Positions 9,564-18,852 of a stretch of DNA of 64,000 bases are shown here, piece by piece; within the stretch, counting starts at the first letter, position 1; every line of letters begins with the position of its first letter. The stretch is from positions 13,537-77,536 of the IMG/VR virus record IMGVR_UViG_3300037295_000333; one strand, 5' to 3'. This stretch comes from a virus (taxonomy: Duplodnaviria; Caudoviricetes). The notes under the pieces were generated by a model. It had not been told where the DNA came from. It was given only the letters and a program-made list of their open reading frames with translations, and made no database searches. The position numbers and the translations under genes were made by a program.

Positions 9564-9902
9564 TTAAATTTTCATTTCTTTTAATAAAAGATAAATGATA
9601 TTTATTTCATTGGAAGAAAATTTCTTGTAATCAATGTTTCTAATAAACCTTAACTTTATTTCAATTTTTAGTTTATCTGAATTTGATTCATCTGACTTTA
9701 TGTAAGATTCACCAAAATGTTTACCTCCCCCAATACCTTTATTGTCTTGTCTTATGCAAGATAAATCGGGTAAATATTTTCTATTAAAAACTTTATTTTC
9801 GCTATAAGCAAAATCATCAACTACTTTGTCAATAACAATTTTTTCCTCTGCCGTTCCAAATCTTAATTTATAAACAACGTCATTAATTTCTAAATTTTTC
9901 AT
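9564..9902 (-). CDS. hypothetical protein
   Basis: ORF track, in operon. Confidence 0.7.
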   Translation of the reverse strand: MKNLEINDVVYKLRFGTAEEKIVIDKVVDDFAYSENKVFNRKYLPDLSCIRQDNKGIGGGKHFGESYIKSDESNSDKLKIEIKLRFIRNIDYKKFSSNEINIIYLLLKEMKI

Positions 9903-9908
9903 ATATTT

Positions 9909-12900
9909 TTATTTTAATACTTTTAGAATACTTTTATTTGTAAGGGTTAATTGATTTCCCTTTGTCCACTTATCTTCATACTTTAAGTTTGCCGAAAAGA
10001 TGATTATAGACTTCTCACAGCCCGTTAATTCTTTTTCGTACAACATATACTCATCAGACCAAACTATCAGTTTAAATAGCTTATAATTGTGTTCTATGGT
10101 TAACCTTGCAAACTTTCCTTTCTTGCTTTTTGATACCTTACACTCTACAATGTAACCTCCAAATAATCTAAATATACCAAAACCTTGTTTTGTGTTTAGT
10201 TCAATTTGAGTAAAAAATTTAGTATCAATTCCCATTGTACTGGCTATTTCACTATAATTTACATCAGCTAATCCAGTTAACTCTTTTTGCTTTAACAGCC
10301 ACCACCACTTTTGTGTAATTGCACCAACGGTATAGCAATCCTTTTCTTTGTTTGCAATTTTTACTCCATACCTTTCTCTAAAGTCTTTGATTAAATTACC
10401 TCTTTCTGACTCATTTTTAATATGATATAAGCGGTCAAATGCTCCAGAAGATATAAGTGCTTCATAAGTTTGTTTTTTTACCTTAGAGCCTGTAAAACTA
10501 TGTCTGTCATGAAAGTCATCAAAATCTGTGTAGTCTCCATTCTTATCCCTTTCAGCAATTACCTGTAAAGCGGTATCTTCACCAATTCCTTTTATAGAAC
10601 CAATTCCCCAAAAGATATTTTGACTCTTCATATCTGAAATCATTTCTATTCCTGAGCCATTTATGTCAGATGGAAGTATCTTTACTTTTTTTGCAGAAAA
10701 TATTTCAGCTAAATATTTTAAAGTATCTTTTTCATTCGCATAGTCCAATGCAACTGTCCAATACTCTAATGGAAAATTAACCTTTAAATACATTCCCACA
10801 TAAGCCGTGAGGGCATAAGCTGCAGAATGCGATAAATTAAAAGAATATTTGGCAAACTCGAGCATAACAGACCAAATTGTGTTAAATTCTTGAGAAGAAC
10901 ACCCTTTTTTAACAAAGCCCTCTTTTACTATATCTTTCCATCCCTCTAAAACAGATGCCTTTTTTTTACCCATTGCACGTCTAACGTCATCAGCTTCTCT
11001 CATACTTAGTCCTCCAACTTGTTGGCAAACTTGCATGATCTGTTCTTGATAGCAATTGTGGACAATTAAACCTCCAGAATGAAAACTATGTTCGTCTTTA
11101 ACTGTAATGTCATACGTATCAATAATTTCATTTTCTGTTATTCTAAGTATTCTTCCCCAAACCTTATGGTTAACATCTTCAAATTCAGTAAACTTTGATA
11201 TGGTGTCTCTTGAAACATAAGATGCATTACAATTTTTATTATAATATCTTGCCCTCATAGATTTCCATTTAGGTTTTGAACTCCAAATTAATCCATTAGT
11301 AGGGTAGTATATTTTAGCACCTTTAAAGTCTTCTTTGATTATTCTAAACTTTAACTTATCGTTTTTTCCAATTGATACTGTAAAAACATTTCCTTCTTCT
11401 TTGTAGGTACAAGGTATCCTGTAAGACTGTAACGCTAAAAATAAATCATAAGAAAGTTCTTTGTTTGCAAGTCTTATTATTCCATTTTGAAAACATCCAT
11501 CACCTTCAAATAACCCAGAAAGCATATGTATTGAATAATTTTTTGGAAGTCTTTTTGTGTATACATTTTGCTTGTTAGTTATTCCATATTCCAATAACTT
11601 TTTTTTCATTAGATTAACTTTAAAATCTTTAGAAAAATAAGCATTTTTGTTTTCTGCAAATGAAACTTGAATTCTATGACAACCTCCAAGCCTTTCTTTG
11701 TTTTTACGAAAAGTTACCTTTGGAACTGAAGTTGGAAATACTTTTTTAACTACTTTTAAAACTTCATTGGTTCTATCTTCGCTGCCTACGTATATTGTAG
11801 GCGTACACTTTCCGCCTCCCTCAGCTAAATAGTAACCTATTAGCCAATGTTCTAAAGCAGTATCTTTATCAATATCATCAAATTTTTCCTCACCTATCCA
11901 GTTCCCCTTTATTAAGTCTGATGAAGTGTTTAAATCTTTTGCCTCTTTCCATCCAAACTGAGTCATAACTTTATGATCTGGGGTCAATATTAATTCTTCC
12001 CCAAAAGTAGTTCTTATTCTTATGGTTTCTTTTTTTCCAGAATAAAAACTATCAGTTACTGTATCCCAATTATTTGACTTATTTCTTACTTTATCATTTA
12101 TTTTTACATCTTTTAATTTAACTATACCTCTTTTTGTAATTATATTTGATTCTCCAGAAAGACACAGAAGTCCATAGGTATTTTTTGTTATTTCCTCAGT
12201 CCCCCAAAGATATTCCACTTTTCTCCCCTCATTTTTACATTTTACGTAAATTTCATGATAGTGGTTCTCCATTGGTCCAGGTCTGTAAAGTGCATTGGCT
12301 GCAGTTAAATCATTAATATTTTTTGGCTTTAATGCTTTTGAATATTCAGTTAATCCTTCTGACCCCATTTGAAAAATATCACCGTTCCAACCATTTCCAA
12401 AATACCTGTAGACTTCAGGGTCATCAGGTAAATTATATATATCTGGCACTTCTTTGCCATTATTTTTTATGATTTCTAATATGTCGCCAAACTTGTCTAA
12501 TTGCTTAATTCCTAAAATATCTTCTTTTAAAAAACCAGCATCTTCCATTTGTCCACCATCCCACTCTGAAACAATTAATCCGTTTTGACTTCTCATTGGA
12601 GACCATTGTGAAGCTGTCATAACTTCAGGGAAAATAATCATTGCACACGGGTGAATTGATTTGGTTTTTGGCTGATTTAGTATTGTAGGCAATAATTTAA
12701 AGATGTCAGACTGTTGTTTTATGTATTGCTTTAGTCTAGGCTCTGTAGTTGAACGCTTGAATAAATCTAACATTGTAGAATCTTTTTCGTCTATAATGGC
12801 AGTCATTAAGTTTGCATTTGAAAAGTCATTCTCAAATTGCCTGTCCAAATCCTTTATTGCTCCTTTCAATTTTAAAGTTACCGTTGAGCCTACTGAGCAT

Positions 12901-12977
12901 ATCTGATTTTCTCCAAATCTTTTTTCCATATATGACTTTATATAAGCCCTATCTTTCCCTGCAAAATCGGAGTCAAT
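9909..12977 (-). CDS. dnaE: DNA polymerase III alpha, C-terminal piece (palm to OB fold) with cis intein; open frame begins upstream of the annotated ATG 12929 at ATT-GAC-TCC-GAT-TTT (IDSDF)
   Basis: IDSDFAGKDRAYIKSYMEKRFG, SIHPCA, KEDILGI, GDIFQM, LYRPGP, YQEQIM, RRAMGKK, AKYSFNLSHS, GIGSIKGIG. Confidence 0.9.
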   Translation of the reverse strand: MDSDFAGKDRAYIKSYMEKRFGENQICSVGSTVTLKLKGAIKDLDRQFENDFSNANLMTAIIDEKDSTMLDLFKRSTTEPRLKQYIKQQSDIFKLLPTILNQPKTKSIHPCAMIIFPEVMTASQWSPMRSQNGLIVSEWDGGQMEDAGFLKEDILGIKQLDKFGDILEIIKNNGKEVPDIYNLPDDPEVYRYFGNGWNGDIFQMGSEGLTEYSKALKPKNINDLTAANALYRPGPMENHYHEIYVKCKNEGRKVEYLWGTEEITKNTYGLLCLSGESNIITKRGIVKLKDVKINDKVRNKSNNWDTVTDSFYSGKKETIRIRTTFGEELILTPDHKVMTQFGWKEAKDLNTSSDLIKGNWIGEEKFDDIDKDTALEHWLIGYYLAEGGGKCTPTIYVGSEDRTNEVLKVVKKVFPTSVPKVTFRKNKERLGGCHRIQVSFAENKNAYFSKDFKVNLMKKKLLEYGITNKQNVYTKRLPKNYSIHMLSGLFEGDGCFQNGIIRLANKELSYDLFLALQSYRIPCTYKEEGNVFTVSIGKNDKLKFRIIKEDFKGAKIYYPTNGLIWSSKPKWKSMRARYYNKNCNASYVSRDTISKFTEFEDVNHKVWGRILRITENEIIDTYDITVKDEHSFHSGGLIVHNCYQEQIMQVCQQVGGLSMREADDVRRAMGKKKASVLEGWKDIVKEGFVKKGCSSQEFNTIWSVMLEFAKYSFNLSHSAAYALTAYVGMYLKVNFPLEYWTVALDYANEKDTLKYLAEIFSAKKVKILPSDINGSGIEMISDMKSQNIFWGIGSIKGIGEDTALQVIAERDKNGDYTDFDDFHDRHSFTGSKVKKQTYEALISSGAFDRLYHIKNESERGNLIKDFRERYGVKIANKEKDCYTVGAITQKWWWLLKQKELTGLADVNYSEIASTMGIDTKFFTQIELNTKQGFGIFRLFGGYIVECKVSKSKKGKFARLTIEHNYKLFKLIVWSDEYMLYEKELTGCEKSIIIFSANLKYEDKWTKGNQLTLTNKSILKVLK
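11055..12164 (-). mobile_element. cis-splicing intein with LAGLIDADG homing endonuclease in DnaE (370 aa)
   Basis: TYGLL|CLSGESNIIT...LTPDHKV...WLIGYYLAEG...LSGLFEGDG...GGLIVHN|CYQEQIM. Confidence 0.93.
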
Positions 12978-13045
12978 TAAATGTCGGGAAGAGTGCCTTC
13001 ATAAAGCTTCTTCCCGACTACTTGTTTTATAGTTTTTACAATCAT
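12977..13045 (-). CDS. dnaE: 22-codon DnaE mini-ORF MIVKTIKQVVGKKLYEGTLPDI* (probable N-terminus of the last DnaE chain)
   Basis: ATG at 13045 in an A-rich context 7 nt after the previous stop; ends in LPDI, the first half of the DnaE catalytic PDIDxDF motif. Confidence 0.8.
   Translation of the reverse strand: MIVKTIKQVVGKKLYEGTLPDI
12983..13018 (-). promoter_or_regulatory. GC-rich hairpin immediately 5' of the candidate take-off codon
   Basis: GTCGGGAAGA (13018-13009) is the perfect reverse complement of TCTTCCCGAC (12992-12983); 16-nt loop with an inner GCTTT/AAGGC helix. Confidence 0.75.
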
Positions 13046-13052
13046 TTTATTT

Positions 13053-13421
13053 TTAATTATAGTTTATAATTTTGTCGCCCTCAAGCAAGTCTTCGACAAA
13101 TATAATACTTTCTTTTTGATTTCTAACTATTTTTATTAAACTTCCTTCTGTTAAAATTATATTTTCTAAATCTGTTTTTATTTCAAATGCAGGACAATCT
13201 CTCAGTTCCCCCATTCTTCCTACATTTAGGAATCTTTCAAAGAGTAGGTCAAATTCAATGGGATCAATTTGTATTATTCCAAGTAAGTAGGAAACAAGGC
13301 TTCCTCCAGCTGAGTTGTGAACTATTGCACCATTTACACTATAGCTATGATCTTGTGTTTGTACACCAATGTCATAAACTTTTCCTGTATGTTGTAAGTA
13401 TTTTTTAGACTTTAGTTTCAT
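13053..13421 (-). CDS. dnaE: DnaE middle piece: 36-aa split intein C-part, extein, degenerate Hint-like tail
   Basis: [20 protein letters not shown]...GAIVHN|[33 protein letters not shown] followed by 53 aa not expected in DnaE. Confidence 0.9.
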   Translation of the reverse strand: MKLKSKKYLQHTGKVYDIGVQTQDHSYSVNGAIVHNSAGGSLVSYLLGIIQIDPIEFDLLFERFLNVGRMGELRDCPAFEIKTDLENIILTEGSLIKIVRNQKESIIFVEDLLEGDKIINYN

Positions 13422-15840
13422 TGTAAAATTTTATTTTATAGTTATAGTTATGTACATATCTTCTTTTTGAAATATATTTGCAAGTTAAGTCTTTTTCCTG
13501 AATTATATTATAATTTTCTTCACATAATTCAATTTTAGCATAATGTGACTTTTTATTTACTTGAATTAATCTTTCACTTAATAAGTTATCCATATTCCTC
13601 TTTACTTCTATAACCTTGCCGTTAACAATAAAGTCTGGAAAATAACTTCTATATTCTTCATTGTCTTTAATTTTGTATTTTATTGGAAGTCTATCATAAT
13701 TTTTAAAATTAATTATATTTAAATTTTTATCACAGTCTATTATGTAAGCCAATTCTAATAATCCATTAAATATAATTTTTCCAAATCTAACAGTATGAAC
13801 TTCTCCGCTATTTTTAAGTGCATTTGTAACATTTTTTATATATTTTGGATTACTTATATAAAGGTTTCTCATTATAGCTGAAGCTTTATCTTTATTTTCT
13901 TTTACATTCCAATATTTTTGCGCATTTATTTTATTATTTAATTTTTGATTTGGCTTGTTTTGTGCTATTATCTGAGCCTTAGAGTTATTACTTTTTGCTA
14001 ATTTAGAATTTAAAGCCTCACTTAATGCACATTTACTGCAATTGTTTAATTTGTGAACATTTATTTTTAATCCTGATATAGATTTGCTATATTTTTTTTC
14101 ACATTTTAAACAAAAATCAGTAAAACTTCTTTTACTTGAAAAACCATTTTTTAAAAATAATAAAGCATCATTAAAGTTCATTTTACCTTCATAAACTTTT
14201 AGTAAAACAGATACACTACATCCTATTTTTTTAACTGCATCTAAAAATTTACCTTGCCTTTTATTTTCTTGTACTTCATCAAGTTCAGTAAGTTTATCGG
14301 CTTCCACCCAGCCCCTATTTTTTGTAAAAAACTTGTGATCTTTTGTGCATCTTATTACATTTTCTCCAAAATTAAGTTCCACTATTTCTTCATTTATATC
14401 GTAAATAAAAGTATTTATTACTTCTGACTTTCCAAAAAAGTGATTAAAGGTATTGTCTCCAACTTTAACATCTTCAATACTTTTAAATGTTCCGTTTGAC
14501 ATTTTTACCTTACTGCCTGCAACAAAACAACCTCTGCCTATTCCAGTCAACATTCCCTTTTCTTTTGCCTCAGCTATAATATCTCTTTGTACTAAAAAGT
14601 AGTCTATTACGTCACCTTTTTTCAAAACTGATATTTCTTCTTTTAGTCTTTCTACATATTTATTTTTATCTACTATTTTTTTTTGTGCAAATCCTAACTT
14701 TATGTAATGCATAAACAAATCTTCATTTGCCTTAAAGTTGTCTTTTTCCCACTCATTCATCTTATATTTTGGAAGCCTTCTGTTAACCGTATCATACATA
14801 AAATTACATTGTGATACTAATTCATCTAAATTTTTATTTGATTCCTTATACAGCCTAATCCAGCTTGTATTGCCTTGTTCAAACAATCCTATTAATTCAG
14901 ATGCATATATATCATTGTTCTTAAAATATTGATTTTTTGTTTTGTCGCTAAACTTTTTTCCAATTCCCCAAAGAATTTCTCTTGCTTCCCAATCAGATTT
15001 TTCCAAACAATAAGCGTCAAAAATTGCTATTGGCTTTAAATCAGATTTTAAATACAATTCTAAATTATCTATATATTTTTTATCTGTTTCTGCAATATCG
15101 AATTCTACCGTATCTACCATATAAAAATCAGCTTGTTTAAACCTGCTTTCAAACGATGTGGTTTTGGGATCTGTAATTACAAAAATTCCTTCTAAATTAT
15201 CTTTTAGAAAATCTTCTTTTACTGCAGTGTCTCCATTCACGTTTATTATCTCACTAAATTTTAATAAATTAAGCCAACCTTGAAAGTTTTTTGTATATAG
15301 TTTTACTTCATAACTTTCTTTTTCATTCACCACACTCAAGGTCATTCCAATTATTGACTTAATGTTAGAATCTTTACAATCATTTTGAAACCCCATTACA
15401 CCTGACAAAGAGTTTTTTTCACAAATTCCCAGTGTGTTTACGCCTAAAAATTTAGCTTTTTTTATCCAATCCTTATATGAGCCAATTCCATTTAACAATT
15501 CATTTCCTGAGTGAATTCCTAAAAATGATTTTGTAGGTAATTTTTGTTTTGCTTTACCTGTATTTTTTAATTCTGTCATTGATACATCTTCACCTACTTT
15601 TTGTATATACCAAATTCCTCCAAACTCATATACAATTCCATTTGCGTATTGGTCTACTTTAGAATAAATATCTTTGTGTATTTGAAATTTCTCATCAAAT
15701 ATAGTTATATTTTTATCTACAATCATAAACACTTCATCTTTTAGTATTAGATGACCCTCTTCTATTGTGTAGTCTAATAGGTGTCTATCACAATGTTTTT
15801 TTATACTTTTTAATTGATCCATAATGTTAATTTTTATCAA
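13405..15840 (-). CDS. dnaE: DnaE N-terminal piece (PHP domain) fused to split intein N-part carrying a PD-(D/E)xK-like endonuclease
   Basis: [25 protein letters not shown]|CFVAGSKV (Cys at 14529), CTKDHKF, then [15 protein letters not shown]; ends without HN, overlapping the next ATG by 17 nt. Confidence 0.92.
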   Translation of the reverse strand: MIKINIMDQLKSIKKHCDRHLLDYTIEEGHLILKDEVFMIVDKNITIFDEKFQIHKDIYSKVDQYANGIVYEFGGIWYIQKVGEDVSMTELKNTGKAKQKLPTKSFLGIHSGNELLNGIGSYKDWIKKAKFLGVNTLGICEKNSLSGVMGFQNDCKDSNIKSIIGMTLSVVNEKESYEVKLYTKNFQGWLNLLKFSEIINVNGDTAVKEDFLKDNLEGIFVITDPKTTSFESRFKQADFYMVDTVEFDIAETDKKYIDNLELYLKSDLKPIAIFDAYCLEKSDWEAREILWGIGKKFSDKTKNQYFKNNDIYASELIGLFEQGNTSWIRLYKESNKNLDELVSQCNFMYDTVNRRLPKYKMNEWEKDNFKANEDLFMHYIKLGFAQKKIVDKNKYVERLKEEISVLKKGDVIDYFLVQRDIIAEAKEKGMLTGIGRGCFVAGSKVKMSNGTFKSIEDVKVGDNTFNHFFGKSEVINTFIYDINEEIVELNFGENVIRCTKDHKFFTKNRGWVEADKLTELDEVQENKRQGKFLDAVKKIGCSVSVLLKVYEGKMNFNDALLFLKNGFSSKRSFTDFCLKCEKKYSKSISGLKINVHKLNNCSKCALSEALNSKLAKSNNSKAQIIAQNKPNQKLNNKINAQKYWNVKENKDKASAIMRNLYISNPKYIKNVTNALKNSGEVHTVRFGKIIFNGLLELAYIIDCDKNLNIINFKNYDRLPIKYKIKDNEEYRSYFPDFIVNGKVIEVKRNMDNLLSERLIQVNKKSHYAKIELCEENYNIIQEKDLTCKYISKRRYVHNYNYKIKFYNETKV

Positions 15841-15901
15841 AGATAGTTTATTTTAATTATAAACCAAAAAAAACCCTTAAAATTAATTAAGGGTAAAGCT
15901 T

Positions 15902-16537
15902 TTATTTTTTATCAGATGATCCGAATCCTTTTTCTGCTCTTTCACTTTTAGTAATATCATTTGAAAAAGACATTTCAAAATCATGCATCTTGTAAGGTAT
16001 TAATTGAGAAACCGCTTTTCCTTTTCCTATAAATACTTCTTCATCCGATAAGTTAAAAAGTTTTAACTTTATCTCTCCTCTATATCCATTGTCAATTATT
16101 CCACCAAATGAAATTACATCTTGATTGAATCCAAGTCCTGAACGGCTTTCAAACTTTATAAAATAGCCTTCACTTATATCTGCTACTTGTAAACCTATTG
16201 GAACCACCGCTGAACTAAATGGATTTATTGCAATATCTTCTAAGCAAAATACATCATACCCTGCATCTCCTGTTTGTGGGTTGTTGTGATTTTTTTCTGG
16301 AAGCCTTGCATTTTTATCTAATTTTATAAACTTTACTTTAAATGTTTTCTTTATTTCTTCTATTTTAAATTCTTTTTCCTCGTCCCATTCGTACCAATAA
16401 ATATGTTTTTCTTCTGTTGAACCCCAATTAAAAGCTTGACCTAAAAAATCTGTTGTTTTGTCCCAATATTGATCTGCATTTTTTTGATGCTCTAATGCTT
16501 TTTCTTTTACTTCTTGTGGTAGTTGTGATATTTTCAT
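15902..16537 (-). CDS. dut: trimeric dUTPase with ~65-aa N-terminal extension
   Basis: DAGYDV, ESRSGLG, GGIIDNGYRGEI, ERAEKGFGSSD. Confidence 0.93.
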   Translation of the reverse strand: MKISQLPQEVKEKALEHQKNADQYWDKTTDFLGQAFNWGSTEEKHIYWYEWDEEKEFKIEEIKKTFKVKFIKLDKNARLPEKNHNNPQTGDAGYDVFCLEDIAINPFSSAVVPIGLQVADISEGYFIKFESRSGLGFNQDVISFGGIIDNGYRGEIKLKLFNLSDEEVFIGKGKAVSQLIPYKMHDFEMSFSNDITKSERAEKGFGSSDKK

Positions 16538-16539
16538 AA

Positions 16540-16857
16540 TTATAATATTTTTCTAAAAATTACTTCAATGTTATTTTTTATTGCATAATCAAGTGCATAT
16601 TGCATACCGCTACTGATTCCATAGTCAATGTAAAAAGCGTGTAAATTAGCTACTTCTTTCCAAGCTAAACCTGCATTTATTCCCCACATTCTTTCTTCTT
16701 CTATATCGTCGTTTAAAATGCCTTCTTGTGTATATAGAAGATGACTTGCAATTGGAGCCTCTCCTTTACTTAAACTATCTTTTACGCATTTTCTTGCGTA
16801 TTCAATATTTTTTTGTATGTCTCCTGCAAAAGGACTTTCTAAAATTACTCTTTTCAT
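16540..16857 (-). CDS. conserved phage protein, nucleoside deoxyribosyltransferase-like fold
   Basis: ESPFAGD...APIASHLLY...GISSGM pattern. Confidence 0.55.
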   Translation of the reverse strand: MKRVILESPFAGDIQKNIEYARKCVKDSLSKGEAPIASHLLYTQEGILNDDIEEERMWGINAGLAWKEVANLHAFYIDYGISSGMQYALDYAIKNNIEVIFRKIL

Positions 16858-17534
16858 ATTGTTTTATTTATTCTCTCCTCAGCTATTTTAAAATAATTGT
16901 CGTCCATTTCTATGCCAATAAAATTGCGGTTTAAATTTTTAGCAGCAACTCCAGTTGTTCCTGAAACCATAAACATATCTAATATAATGTCTTTTTCATT
17001 GGTATGTATTTTTATTATCTCTTGCATTAGCCACAATGGCTTTTGTGTAGTATGAGATGTTTTTTCACTTTTTTTTGTAAGTGAACCTTTAAATAAAGGT
17101 CTTTGATAACTTATATCTTGCCTATTAAAAACCCACTTTGCATTTTTATTAGTTAACCATATAGCGCACTCATAATCTGTAATATATCTCCTGTCTCTAT
17201 TCCTAGGCATTGGATTTGATTTTTCCCAACGCAAAATATCTTTTATAGTAAGTCCTAAACTTTCTGCATACCTTGCAATTTCTCCGATATTTTTCCAGTC
17301 ATTAAATATAACAACGCTTCCGTTTTTATTTAAAATTCTAGGTATGTCATTTATATAACTAAATAAATCGAATCCTTTGTCCCATTCTCCAAAATCAATT
17401 CCAGATCTACCCATAGTTTTAAAATTATTTTTTCTAGCTATGTTGTAAGGTGGGTCTGTAATTATGGCATCTATGCTACCATCAGGTATGTTTTTCATCA
17501 GTTCTAGGCAATCACCATGCATTAAATTTATCAT
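16854..17534 (-). CDS. DNA methyltransferase, N6A/N4C beta class
   Basis: TDPPY, HTTQKP; motif I reads DMFMVSGTTG, with Val where Gly is usual. Confidence 0.85.
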   Translation of the reverse strand: MINLMHGDCLELMKNIPDGSIDAIITDPPYNIARKNNFKTMGRSGIDFGEWDKGFDLFSYINDIPRILNKNGSVVIFNDWKNIGEIARYAESLGLTIKDILRWEKSNPMPRNRDRRYITDYECAIWLTNKNAKWVFNRQDISYQRPLFKGSLTKKSEKTSHTTQKPLWLMQEIIKIHTNEKDIILDMFMVSGTTGVAAKNLNRNFIGIEMDDNYFKIAEERINKTI

Positions 17535-17535
17535 A

Positions 17536-18000
17536 TTAATAAGATTTTATAAAGTCGCATTCGACTTGTGTTAATAAATAATTTTGTAAACCCTTCATTC
17601 CTAAACTCTCGTCTCCCTCAATTGCTTGTTCAAATGTAATTTTTGCATCTTTTTCATCACCTCTTTTTAAAAATCTGTCTTTTAAAATATGTCTTGGACA
17701 AATTAAATAAACAAAAGAAACGTTGTCAGATAGCGTTAAAATCTTTTTTGCTAAAGTTTCTTGCCTTAAACCTGTTATAATTAGGTATTCATTTTCCATA
17801 GATTGCATTGTATGTTTAATGCTTTCAATAAAATAATCTTCTAAGCTATTGTTAAAAATCCTTTCTTTTGTTTTAAACTTTTCTCGAACTAAATTTCCTA
17901 AGTCAATGTGAGTTATACTTACTCCCGTTTCCTTTAGTTTTTTTACCATTGTATCTTTGCCTGAACAAATTTCTCCTGATATTAAGATTATTTTTATCAT
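17536..18000 (-). CDS. P-loop nucleotide monophosphate kinase-like protein
   Basis: ILISGEICSGKDT Walker A, ITGLRQ, ILKDRFLKRG lid. Confidence 0.7.
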   Translation of the reverse strand: MIKIILISGEICSGKDTMVKKLKETGVSITHIDLGNLVREKFKTKERIFNNSLEDYFIESIKHTMQSMENEYLIITGLRQETLAKKILTLSDNVSFVYLICPRHILKDRFLKRGDEKDAKITFEQAIEGDESLGMKGLQNYLLTQVECDFIKSY

Positions 18001-18003
18001 AAT

Positions 18004-18783
18004 TTATCTTTTATATTTTTTAATTAGATAATCAATACCTTTTTGAAAAACCATAGTTTTTAAGTAAATACTTACACTTCCATCTGGTCTTGTAAAGCTA
18101 CTTTCAATTACTCTAAAAAATCCTAAATCTATATAATTTTGATATGGAACATTATTTGACTTTAAAACTTTGCTATTTCTAAGTAATTCAAATAGTCTGT
18201 TTCTACCTATTCCCATATTACATATTTTTGCAACATCTGCCATGTCAAAACAATCTGAACTTCCAGTAACTTGATCAAAAAATTCTACTTTAGGTTTATC
18301 TTCTTTTATTTTTAATTCTCTTTCATTTAGTAATATTTGATTTTGCTCTATTTGTAGCTGTTGATCAGCTGCCAAAAGTAAAGCTTCCCTAAAGTTATTA
18401 GGGACTTTTGTATTTTGTAAAAGTTGTTTTTCACACTCTATGAAGTATAACCTTGCCTCTCTACCTTTATCGTTTTTTTGAAGCATTGCAATTTCCTTAG
18501 CCATCTCTAAAGTAAGTGCGTATTCTATTTTATGTACCTTAACTCTCTTAGTATCAGTTTCCCCATTATTGGGTAGTGGTATTACATTACCCTTGTGATC
18601 AAATTTTAATACTGAATAATCTACGTTTAAAATATATCCAAAGTCTAACTTATCTTTTATCCAATTACTAAAGTCTCTACCTACCAAATTTCCATCTGAC
18701 TCAGATATTAAAAATTTATGCAAATCTCTAGCGGAAACTATACTATTTCCAAAATTTTTTGTAATCTTAATTAATTCTTTCAT
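18004..18783 (-). CDS. AntA/AntB plus KilAC antirepressor-like protein
   Basis: VSARDLHKFL, FSNWIK, EYALTLEMAKEIAM, ARLYFIECEK, KPKVEFFD, VAKICNMGIGRNRLFELLR. Confidence 0.88.
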   Translation of the reverse strand: MKELIKITKNFGNSIVSARDLHKFLISESDGNLVGRDFSNWIKDKLDFGYILNVDYSVLKFDHKGNVIPLPNNGETDTKRVKVHKIEYALTLEMAKEIAMLQKNDKGREARLYFIECEKQLLQNTKVPNNFREALLLAADQQLQIEQNQILLNERELKIKEDKPKVEFFDQVTGSSDCFDMADVAKICNMGIGRNRLFELLRNSKVLKSNNVPYQNYIDLGFFRVIESSFTRPDGSVSIYLKTMVFQKGIDYLIKKYKR

Positions 18784-18852
18784 AATTTTTTTATTTTAAG
18801 TTATTGATAATGAGACTCGCCAATAGTGGCGAGTGGTATTTTAAATTAGTAT

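Noticed and set aside
12975-12982. Intron or -1 frameshift as explanation of the DnaE break
   Set aside because: Five nucleotides cannot form a self-splicing intron and no group I/II core is nearby; a -1 shift gives PDILIDSDF, breaking the catalytic D-x-D spacing
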